Origin: Spirogloea muscicola
Lineage: Eukaryota
Assembly: GCA_009602725.1 (NCBI GenBank)
Contig: WELB01000022.1
Coordinates: forward strand, 799,389-828,793
DNA length: 29,405 nucleotides
Direction of reading: 5' to 3'
The position numbers and the translations under genes are program-made. Below the pieces are notes generated by a model. It saw only the letters and a list, made by a program, of their open reading frames with translations. It ran no database searches and was not told the DNA's origin. Positions 11,901 through 22,000 of the stretch are shown in pieces (position 1 is the first letter of the stretch; every line of letters starts with the position of its first letter).

Positions 11901-13627
11901 ACGAGAAGCATTCAGGGCTCTTTGGCTTTCCTTAATTATGCAAGCACTACCGCTATGATGGGTAGCAAGTCATCATTCACTTCCAAAACAGCAGCAATGG
12001 CTGCAACGTATCTCGTGGAAGAGGTCGATAAATCACCATCACGCTTTTGTGTATCGAAATACATCTCAAGGTCATAAAAGCTGCACATAAGCCTGAAGCT
12101 CACTCGTGTTTTCACATCTGTAGATTACATTGGTGCTGCGTTGGCATGTGCTTGCAGCAACTCGAAGATAAGGAGGTGGGGACTGTCATTCTGCGCCCAA
12201 GTAGCAAAGGGCCAGACCACCTCTCTTTGACCTTGAAGTTTGCCAAAGGCGTGTACACACACATTGACATTGAGGAGGGGGGCAAGGACAAGAGGGATGC
12301 GACGTCGTTCCTGCGCATTGGCAAGACCTTGACAATTGGTGGGGAGAACTTTGAGGACATTGACGAGGTGAGCTTTCATCTTTCGTACTAAAGGCAACTG
12401 TTATTGGGGGTTTCTAGTCACAGCATACGCTGACATGATTCCTGTCAAGATATTGACTTGATCATGAGGGCACTGTCCAATTCCTCTCTGTAATTGCTAC
12501 GTCCAATGGCACCTGGGCAGCTCTCATAGGAATCAGGCAGAGCGATTCGAGCGAATTTTGAGAAAGTATTTATACCTGAGGGCTGGACTGGTTGATCTTT
12601 TCAATTGGGAAGTCAATGTACCTATATCTCGATGCATATGCACCCCATATTTGTAAAATTCCAAAGCTGAGGTCTTTATTGATGGTTGACTTCATTCACT
12701 ACATTACTGTGCACTATCTTGCTGTGCAGGTCGAGGCCAGATACATAGAGCCGCTTGTAGGGCATCTGAAGGACATGCTGTGCTATCGCAAATTCTGGGA
12801 GGGCCCGCAGGATGAGGTGGACCGCCTGCTGATCAAGGAGAAGCGCGAGAACCCTGGCCGCATCCCATACTACGTCTCGGTCTCGCACAAGCACCCCGGC
12901 GCTTTCGTGCTCTCCTACATCCGGATGCACAGCCCTGTCCACGAGTACATCTCTGTGTCCTCCAAGGTGAGACAATCACTGCAGAAGTCAAAGAGCAGCA
13001 TAAAAAAGAGACCCAAATTTGACAGGCAGCAAATGCATGTCCCAATATCCATTGGTGTGTGGCTTTTGCTAGCCACACTCTGTCTGACTCTGCACTCGGT
13101 TACGATCTTGCATATCATATGGCCACCGTCATGGCCCGACCAGGTGGCCTGATCTATCTGACGACGTTTGAGTTACCTTGTACTGGGTTTGCTATTCTCC
13201 AAGTCAAATTAAAGGTTTAAAGTAGTTGACAATAAGTCCTTGTGGCTGTGAACTGGCACAGGGTTTCCGGTTCCGCAAGCACGACTTCACAAGCCCAGAC
13301 CGGCTGGTCAAGTACTTCCAGAAGCACTTCATGGAGCCGCCGCCGGAGGCGCCGCCGGCGGCGCGGCGTGCGGCAGCCGCCATGGTGCCCATGAGCGGCC
13401 CGCCGGCAGGCCCCGGCGGCTGGCACGCCCCGCTGCCGGATCCTGGTGGGGCCCCGCCCGGCTACTGGGCTGGCATGCCGCCTCCTGGGCAGCCCACCTG
13501 GTCGGGCCATGACGGTGGACACAGCACCTTCAATGGCTCCTCTGCGCCGTGGAGCGGCTACGACTCTGGGAGCGGCCACCCCGTGCCTAGCGGGCGGCCA
13601 TGGACGCCCCAAGGCTCGGGCCGGTGA
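2844..13627 (+). CDS. SPT6: Transcription elongation factor / histone chaperone SPT6 (plant GTB1/SPT6L-like). Exons: ~2844-3032, 3223-3367, 3630-3708, 3915-4140, 4391(or 4400)-4914, 5229-5447, 5894-5986, 6353-6559, 6881-7039, 7167-7283, 7600-8004, 8278-8890, 9059-9174, 9514-9678, 9970-10146, 10426-10596, 10867-11025, 11195-11371, 11512-11724, 12158-12367, 12730-12966, 13262-13627
   Basis: Acidic N-terminus (NEYEKDGWMVDD, LDDEDYELLQEN, FKRLKK, DEMADFIVDE, ALQEAQDIFGD); FEPS..YMTERDEQIRQLDVPERMQ; YqgF-like RVAACCWGPGNP; RRAVALGRYIQNPL; HhH LQFVAGLGPRKA; LDDTRIHP; S1 domain; RPRMIVHPLFQN; tandem SH2 (LRPSSKGPDHLSLTLK, RIPYY..HKHPGAF). All junctions are phase-compatible. The first exon and exact start are uncertain because of the gap. 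Confidence 0.95.
3062..3090 (+). repeat. Short telomere-like (CCCTAAA) tract in SPT6 intron 1
   Basis: ttgaaccctaaccctaatcctaaaccctg. Confidence 0.8.
4214..4345 (+). repeat. Degenerate telomere-like (CCCTAAA)n array in SPT6 intron 4
   Basis: aaatccaaacctttcctaaactcgaaacccaaaa...aaccctaaacctctaaaccctaagcttaaaccctaaaaccttaaaacttaaaccc. Confidence 0.85.
6636..6684 (+). repeat. Tandem duplication, 22-bp identical copies with period 27, in a SPT6 intron
   Basis: ctgcttccatgagcttatgatg at 6636-6657 and 6663-6684. Confidence 0.85.
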
Positions 13628-14590
13628 TCAGCAGTGGCCGCAGTGCTGTGCGGCCATGCTTGACTGCTCTCAAACTCTGTAACATAGTCGGAATTTTGTG
13701 CCGCGAGGCATCTCTGTCACTGGCACTTGCACTGCCCTAACCATGTCTCTCCACTTAGTCACAATCACATTGTTTCATTTGTGCGACACTGTTCGAGGCA
13801 TACATCCGGTTTTCAGGATGAACTGCCTCCAGAAGGCACCGGCGTAGGGTCACAAGGACTCAAATCCAAAACCGTAAGCAAACAGAAGTCTGCCAACGGA
13901 GGTTGCTGAGTAGTACTGACCAACGCAGCCGGTGCTCCGCCAGTGCTCTGTACTTCAGCACAATCCATCCTGGGCCACTTGCTTGCCCGACAGCTGATAA
14001 CATGTCCACCGACACAAATCTCCGCACTGTACAGTCCCTACTTCGCTATGGATGCAAGGTGCAAAATGCAAGAAGAGCACCAGTGGCATGCAAATGCCAA
14101 TCAGTTGCAACGCTCAGTCTGAGACACATGCAACCTCCTCAAGGGTGGCTCATTGTGCAGCGTGGTGATTGCTGGCTTGCCACAGGCCCCAGATGGCTTG
14201 CGAAGTTGATGGGAACCCATGCACACACCCATGCACGACAATTTGAGCTCTTCTTGTCATATAGCTGTAGGACTAGGAGTTCAGGGTGAAGAACAAGTTC
14301 TCGACCCTTGAGTATAGAAAGCGCGGCCGAATTGACTGGTGGCTGTGAGAGGCCAGCCCAAACTAATGGACAAGGTCTGAAGGAGCCGGACGGTGCAGAA
14401 AGCAAGGTACTAAGTGCTAAGACGGCAGCAAGGGCACTCTCAGTAACCTCCAGTCAGTAGATGCAAATCGGAATAGCTAGCAGGCGGATAGACGTCGCCC
14501 TGACGGAAGCCAGAGGCCGCCGCCAAAGCGCAGCCTGCGCGCAAGTGAAGGGCGAAGGCAAGGGACCGTAGCAAGGATATGGCCAAGCGC

Positions 14591-14623
14591 ATCCGGAAAT
14601 CCGGAATCCGGAAATCCGGAATC
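14591..14623. repeat. Four tandem ATCCGGA(A) units, each with the palindrome TCCGGA
   Basis: atccggaaatccggaatccggaaatccggaatc. Confidence 0.85.
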
Positions 14624-15011
14624 ATGAGTATAGCGACCAGCATTCAGGAACTTGACTTCAGTACACAGCTCAAACCTGAGCGCTTCGGTTGTGCCTAGTG
14701 ATCCTGTATGTTCTGTGCCAGATTGCTACTGACCATGTGCCAAGCAGCGCCTTCATCTGTCTTAACAAATAACCTGCATAAGCCTGGCCCCCGAGTAATA
14801 TGAACTATTACTCCCTCTGTTGAAAGCACCAATCTCCGACCAGGTCTGTATCACTTCGAGACCTATTACTTGCTGATTCTGAAATGTCAAAGCTCACATT
14901 GATGTGAATCTGTACACTTGGGGTTGCCCTTTGCTGCTACTTCGCTCCAAGCTGCAAAAATTGAGGTGGTCGCCACCTCCAAGTCGTCAACCCCAGCCTA
15001 GTCGAAGTGAT

Positions 15012-15818
15012 TCAGGTCAGGGGCAAACCGCCAGCAGAGAACTCGCACGCCTGTGGCAGTCCAAGAAGCGGCGCATCAGCATGCTTTGCAGAGGAGATTG
15101 CCAATCTGAGGCGACTATTGGGTGTGCACAACCAACTTCTACAGGCTTGAAGGACGCCGTACAAGAGCGCAGCTGTATAATGCACAGCCTCTTGCCGCTG
15201 CTGGAAAGCAGCGGCGAGTTGGGCTCAGCAGCAACAGGGCTCAGACACTAGAGAGCATACAATGAGAAAGTTGGGCGGGGTGGACCTCATCTTTGGGGTC
15301 TGAAAGTTTCTGGGTTCTACGGATTGGATATGGAATCAGAAATAAGTAAAGCGAGACTCACATGGGGAGGGGGCAGCGTCGAGATCCAGTCCGAGGCATG
15401 CGTCGGGAGCAGCCCAAGTGCGTGTAGCTGGAGATGGCCGTCGTCGCGGCGCAAGTCAGGCCGCGGGACAGACGGCAGCGTCGGCGCCTCAGAGATGCAA
15501 ATGGGTAGTGCCTTACCGCACAGTCAATGCACGTTAATGTGAAGTATTAGTGCAGAGTGGACCTTGTAGAGGCCGAGGCCGAGGCCGACGAGGTGCAGCG
15601 CGACGTACAGCAGCGTGGGCAGCGTCGTGTCGGTGCGGGGGTCCTTGAAGGGCCCAAAGACTGCGGGAGCGCAGGGCATGGCTGAGTCGAGACTCGGGGT
15701 TCGACACCTGACTTGGACATAAGGGGGCGCTGGTTTTGGGGGACGGCTTAATGGCTTCAGCTAAACAACGTTGAAGACTGAAATTAATTTTGAGTCGGAC
15801 TCAGGAGTTGGCCAAGGA

Positions 15819-15865
<47 letters not shown>

Positions 15866-16023
15866 TGACCCTTGGAGACGGCGCGGAGGGCGGAGAGGGG
15901 CTGCCAGAGCGCGGAGGCGACGATGCCAATGGAGAAGATGTGCAGCGTGTTGCCGGCCATCCACATCATGAACCCCAGCGCAAACAGATTCTTGAACGGC
16001 GCCTGCGCCGCCTCCCACGCCTT
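15012..16023 (-). CDS. EMC4: ER membrane protein complex subunit 4, 5' end in the gap (exons 16023-15870, 15660-15563, 15427-15362, 15050-15012)
   Basis: KAWEAAQAPFKNLFALGFMMWMAGNTLHIFSIGIVASALWQPLSAL..VFGPFKD..LYKLHALGLLPTHASDWISTLPPPH-ACEFSAGGLPLT*; phase-compatible GT-AG introns. Confidence 0.93.
15819..15865 (-). repeat. Pure (GCC)n microsatellite of about 15 units, starting 4 nt after an EMC4 5' splice site
   Basis: + strand gcggcggcg...gcggc then tgac; minus strand reads GTCA(GCC)n. Confidence 0.95.
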
Positions 16024-16070
16024 CTGCGGCGGCGGCGGCGGCGGCGGCGGCGTTGGCGGCGGCGGCGGCG

Positions 16071-16776
16071 NNNNNNNNNNNNNNNNNNNNNNNNNNNNNN
16101 NNNNNNNNNNNNNNNNNNNNNNNNNNNNNNNNNNNNNNNNNNNNNNNNNNNNNNNNNNNNNNNNNNNNNNNNNNNNNNNNNNNNNNNNNNNNNNNNNNNN
16201 NNNNNNNNNNNNNNNNNNNNNNNNNNNNNNNNNNNNNNNNNNNNNNNNNNNNNNNNNNNNNNNNNNNNNNNNNNNNNNNNNNNNNNNNNNNNNNNNNNNN
16301 NNNNNNNNNNNNNNNNNNNNNNNNNNNNNNNNNNNNNNNNNNNNNNNNNNNNNNNNNNNNNNNNNNNNNNNNNNNNNNNNNNNNNNNNNNNNNNNNNNNN
16401 NNNNNNNNNNNNNNNNNNNNNNNNNNNNNNNNNNNNNNNNNNNNNNNNNNNNNNNNNNNNNNNNNNNNNNNNNNNNNNNNNNNNNNNNNNNNNNNNNNNN
16501 NNNNNNNNNNNNNNNNNNNNNNNNNNNNNNNNNNNNNNNNNNNNNNNNNNNNNNNNNNNNNNNNNNNNNNNNNNNNNNNNNNNNNNNNNNNNNNNNNNNN
16601 NNNNNNNNNNNNNNNNNNNNNNNNNNNNNNNNNNNNNNNNNNNNNNNNNNNNNNNNNNNNNNNNNNNNNNNNNNNNNNNNNNNNNNNNNNNNNNNNNNNN
16701 NNNNNNNNNNNNNNNNNNNNNNNNNNNNNNNNNNNNNNNNNNNNNNNNNNNNNNNNNNNNNNNNNNNNNNNNNNNG
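16071..16776. other. Assembly gap (N run) in the GC island between the EMC4 and CFAP20 5' ends
   Basis: N run with (GGC)n on both sides. Confidence 0.95.
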
Positions 16777-17024
16777 GCGGCGGCGGTGACGGCGGCGGCT
16801 GAGGCGGTGGCGGCGGCGGCTCTGACGCGGCGCTGCTTGCGGCCGCGGCGGCACAGACGTCGCGGCCGGAGTTCAACCAGATACTGGTCGCCCACGCCGG
16901 GCACCCGCCTGGCTCGCCGCAGAGCCTCCTGTGAAGCCGCCACCGCCGCCGCCGCAATCGCCGCTGCTCCATCGCCGCCGCCGCCGTCGCCGCCGCGACC
17001 CCTTGATCGCCGCTGCCGCCGGCC

Positions 17025-17102
17025 ATGTTCAAGAACACATTCCAGTCGGGCTTCCTGTCGATCCTGTACAGCCTCGGGTAAGGCCGCTCCGCCGCCGCCT
17101 CT

Positions 17103-17138
<36 letters not shown>

Positions 17139-18785
17139 CGGAGCCCCGTAGCCAGCACGCCGCCGCTGCAGCTGTGCTTGCCGGTTTGGTTTCGGCTGAC
17201 CGCCGCCGGCTCGCTGAGCGGCGGCCTTGGCGGCAGGAGCAAGCCGCTGCAGATCTGGGACAAGCAAGGTGCACCCGCAAGAAACTTAAACCCTAAATCC
17301 TAAAGCCCTAAGCTTAACCCTAAATCTTAAACCCTAAGCGTTAGGCTGATTCCCGCTATTGCTGCCAGCCGGCTCCTGTTGGTGCTCTGCGGCCAAGGAC
17401 GATGGCGTCTATCGGCGCGTGATCCTTGGGCCCTCAGACCAAGGGTTCGGTTTATGGGTGAAGGGTTTTTGGGGTTTAGGCTTTAGCTTGGGTTTAGCTT
17501 TGTTTAGCTTGGCTTAGCTTGGTTTGGCTTGGGTTTAGCTTGCCTTTGGCGCTGCCTGGGCAGAGAAGGACGGCGGCGGCGTGCGGCGGGTCGCCGACCC
17601 CGACATCCAGTCGTCGGTGCTGGAGGTGGAGGGCGGCAACGTGGCCGCTAACTTCGTGACGTGCCCCGCTGACCCCGCCGCCACGCTCGGCATCAAGCTC
17701 CCGCTCCTCGTGCTGCTCGTCAAGCCCCTCGCGGGCCGCCTCTTCTCCTTCGAGGTCCACGTTCTGGACGACAAGAACGTCCGCCGCCGCTTCCGAGCAT
17801 CCAACTTCCAGGTTCTCCCACGCCTCGCCCCCGCTTGCCGCTTTGATACTGATAATGCAATACTGAGCCTCACCTGAATTGAGCCCTCAGGATTCTCATG
17901 TACAATCTCCAGAAGCTTGAGAGTCGATTGTTCTGAGTCTTTATCTATAACAGACACAACCTGAGCAGCTGCATGTAGACATACTGCTTCACAGTGTTGG
18001 GTTTGCAGTCTGCGGCAACTCTGAAGACGTGCATGCATGTTCTTTGCCCGGGGCTGCAGTCACTTACGAGAGTGAAGCCGTACATCTGCACCATGCCACT
18101 GCTGCTCGACGATGGCTGGAACCAGATTCAGGTCGCAGCCAATCTTGGCAATCGTCCGCACAATATCAGCAAGGATCCGTGTGAAATCATGTCATCAATG
18201 ATCCTAGCAAGGCTTTCACTGAGAACAGTTGTCTTGAGGCACCAGCAGCGTGCCCTGCAGGTGTCCGTGTGTGCTGGATGCAAAATGAGACTATAAAGCC
18301 CAAGGCATTGTTGTGCGATGCCTCAGCTCAGACCCATGACGTTGGTCATGTCCAGTTAGCAGTGCTTGCCATGTGAGGCATCCAATCCGTTGAGGGTGTG
18401 AGGCTTTTGGCTGCTGACGCCTTCGCATGTTGACGTGGCTCATGTCCAGTTCAACCTCGCAGACTTTACCAAGCGGGCCTATGGAACCAACTATGTGGAG
18501 ACGCTGCGGGTGCAGGTGCATGCCAACTGCCGCATCCGTCGCATCTACTTCTCAGACCGGCTGTATGCGGAGGACGAGCTACCCCCCGAGTTCAAGCTCT
18601 ACCTGCCCATCCAAGTACTTGCACCGCGCCCCTTTCTGACCAAACTCTTAATTCTAAGGACTTTGGCAAGGCAGCTTGGCTGTATGTCACAGAACATTAT
18701 GACGTGACTTGATGGAAGGAGAAGGGCTCAAGTAGTGAATCCACTCCATGAAGTGCTGCCGTGGCTGTGCTTGCAGAAGGCGTAG
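17025..18785 (+). CDS. CFAP20: Cilia- and flagella-associated protein 20 / BUG22 (exons 17025-17077, 17237-17268, 17564-17811, 18060-18131, 18450-18614, 18777-18785)
   Basis: [28 protein letters not shown]...TLGIKLP...[94 protein letters not shown]. Confidence 0.97.
17285..17340 (+). repeat. Telomere-like (CCCTAAA)n tract at the 5' end of CFAP20 intron 2
   Basis: cttaaaccctaaatcctaaagccctaagcttaaccctaaatcttaaaccctaag. Confidence 0.88.
17441..17541 (+). repeat. Telomere-like (TTTAGGG / TTTAGCTT-variant) tract at the 3' end of CFAP20 intron 2
   Basis: aagggttcggtttatgggtgaagggtttttggggtttaggctttagcttgggtttagctttgtttagcttggcttagcttggtttggcttgggtttagctt. Confidence 0.8.
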
Positions 18786-19094
18786 CGCTCCTGGGCAGAC
18801 CTCCATGGCCAGCTTGCCTGGAAGACTCGCAGAGGATGGCTGTCAGTCTCCAGCTGGTGTAGTCCAGGTCAGACGATCTCCAAGATGCTAACGATTGTCA
18901 TAGGGTTTCCATAGCCACAACAAAGCCTTAATACCTACAAGACCTTGTTTGGAGGCCCCCTTGACGACCACAGTCTGGTGGACCCAACAGCGCAGTACAA
19001 TACTTGTGCTTGGTCCAGCCACCAGCCCCTGGTCTTGCAGTGGTGGCCCTATGCAGCCTGCCAATGCCACTTGTCATGCTTCATGCCGCCTCCA

Positions 19095-22000
19095 TCAAGG
19101 GTGCATCCTCACGGAGATGTCGCCGAGGCAGTAGGGGCACCTTCCAAACAGCGTGTCAAAGGACCTGCGCAAAACCTCCAGAATGGATGTGCCTGGTAAA
19201 TCTCCTCCAGTGCCTGCTCAATATGTACATAGAAATCTTAGCACACAAACATTCACGTCCTTGCAAGACCCGGCTTCTCAGCGGTGCACCCTTTGGACTG
19301 ATTGGAACACGCCCCCTGACATTGTCCTTCGCAAGCAGAGCATCTGCCTTACATTAGCCACTCAATTGTGCACTCTCAGCGAGATAGTAGGTGCCACAAG
19401 CATGTTTCTGAAAATGCTTGCCTCCGGGTGGTCAAGAGGGACTGGAGCCACCGCGCGAGGCAGGCTTGGTGGAAAGGTCTTCCACAGGCATCATTGTTGC
19501 ATATCTGGTCCGGGATGGGGGCGGGGGCGGCCCGGCTAGTCCCCTCTGCCGCGGTCTTGCAGACTGCAAAACACATAGCACTCAAGCACAATTAGCAATT
19601 AAGAACATGGCCAACTAGCAAAGTGGGATATAGGAGATTAATGAAATGTCGGAGTATGAACAATGCTGGTGCCAGATAACACTTGAGGTTTGACCTGCTG
19701 CATGTTGCTCATAGCCCACCAAGCGATACATATAGCAGATGCCGCAGTCGGACGTGACATCCTCCGCAGCTGCCACCGAGCTTGGCCCTGGGAGCGACAC
19801 TCCTAGGGCTCTTTCGAGGTTCGTCCTCAACATCCTGTCTGTACTCCTGCACCAGCTTCGGCCCAAGAAGCATAAGAAGCGTGCAAGAATTCGACCAGAG
19901 CGGTAATAATCAGATGGAGAACGATAATAGTCCCTTGCAGACTCCTCACAACCCAATGGATGGTTTCAATTTGGATAGTCATTCTAAAGGTATAAATGAT
20001 GCTGAGGGCTCTGTTTGGATGTAGTGTGTGGCGCACATGTGATCTGACAGGCTGATGTATATGACCAAGAGCCCAGCCTTGGAAGTGGAGCTTACCATCC
20101 CCCCAGATTTGCCTCAAGAGAGTCACGAGACTGCCCTACCGCAGCATCAGATCCTGTGAATTGACAACTGCAAATGAAGCATAACCACAGCTGTTTCAAT
20201 TATTGCGAAGTAACATAGCTTCATCCACTTGAAGTAGCTGAGTGATCCTGAGAGGTTTTGGTTGATGTGTATACTCAGGAAGGCTCCTTGGACAATGAGC
20301 ATCGATGGTTATCAGGATCGTGCAATGACTTCCTGCAAGACCAGAACAAGGACATCGCTCAGCAACTTGACATTACTCTTCTCACAATGTGCACGCCTCC
20401 AGACCGCAAAGAACGAAGACCCTGAACCACTGACTCTGAATCCTTGACACTGTCTTCTAGAAGCCTTCTAGAGTGCAAAATCTGAGTAATAAGCCTGAGC
20501 ATCAATATCACGTGCTAGCAACTTCCCCCTCTCTTTACAACTCAAGCCTGGATGGAGCCTAGGGCGTCACGCTATGTGCTGGCCCCTACATCCTGGCCCT
20601 TTCTCCTTACCCCTAATGTCTAATATCAAGGCCTTCTAAATGCATGGGAAGCCAGCCTGCAGGCATCATACCAAGCGCGATCCGGCGAAAGGTGTCGGAG
20701 CGGGTGGGCCTCTCGGGCTCAAGCACGAGCGTGTTGGCATCAAGGTCATCGATGCAATTCCAAAGCTCTTGGTACAGTTTCAGAGCCTGGACCAGCAACA
20801 CAAGTGTTACAAGCACTTGAGTCAGGAGACACAGTCAGATGCTCTCCAATACTTGAGCTTGGATAGCCAACACAACAGGGAATGTTGAAACTTGGCACTT
20901 ACCTATTTGTAACCAGATTGAAACCAGGCAACCAATGGTTCTATTTGACTAAACTGATGTGCAATGTGCATCCTCACCTCCTCAAACTGCGCAAGGACGC
21001 TCTGCAGCGATGCCCCCTTGATCCACTGCAGGGTCAGCTCTTCCGGTAGATCCTGACAGCCGGATCCATCATAAAGACTTCGCATCAGGCCCCCGTGCAT
21101 AGAGTAGGCACACATTGGACCTGCCAACTTGTGGGGCCCAGCTTGCATCAGCTAACAGCAATTTACCGTTGACGCAGTCGGGGGATGCTCAGGGTAGGTG
21201 GCAGGGAAGGTGAGCCGCAGGGCATGCTGCCGGCCGGCGCTGTCGCTGCCAGCGCCAGACTGTGCAATGGCTCAGCGCTGCCGCTTGAGGGCGCAGAATG
21301 AGACACAAGCTACGAGATACACACAAAAACCTTGCCTGGATGCATCACGCAGCTGCCTGTGCGTGCTCGCTTGTCCTTCTTTGGTGGCGCTCACCATAGG
21401 TGGAAGTCAGCAGCATGCAGGTCGGGGCTCAGCCAGGCCATGCGCTCCCAGCCTACTTGCGCAAGCTGCAAGGCAGAACAGTACAGGCCGAGTATTTGCC
21501 AAGGAGCTAGCGAGATTGCGGACCCCACCTTGATGAAGTCAGCTCTGTGAAGTGACAGCTGCATGAGCAGCGTGAGGGCCCTGCATTGGTAACCCGTACC
21601 TCATCGAGCAGGAGTGAGTAGAATGCAGCAGGCGCGAGCTGCGGCGCCCGGTCCACTCGCACGAGCTTCTCCTGCGACCCCGTTGCATCGACATGGCCAG
21701 CAGTTGTGACTGTGAGGGCCCCTGCTGATGACAACCTTATTGTGCAGATTGTTGGCGGTGATGTGGTTGCCAGTGACAGTGTAGAGTTTTTAATGACAAT
21801 TTGTAATTGTCACTAATAATATCCAGTTGAAGCCTGTACTTGGTTATGCATGGGTAGTGTCGTTGCAACAGCCCAGTGGGAGTGAGGACACCGTCAGCAA
21901 CGCTCGCTCGGCTTGTACCAGCATGTCACGGAGCTCGAGGAAGAAGTCGGTGAGCGTCTGGCTCTGGTCCAGGCGCTGCAACGGCGCGAAAACAAGCTCC

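Noticed and set aside
15761..17267. Long ORFs of 250-500 aa in the ORF track
   Set aside because: Artefacts of translating through N gaps and GCC/GGC repeats; the same applies to 2608-3103 and 22349-23484.
19695..20332. Apparent FANCL frame conflicts suggesting a pseudogene
   Set aside because: Resolved with the donor at 19694 and acceptors giving exon starts at 19846 and 20167, which restore frame and conserved spacing.
21794..21812. 8-bp inverted repeat TGACAATT-tgt-AATTGTCA
   Set aside because: Short, AT-rich and plausible by chance in 29 kb.
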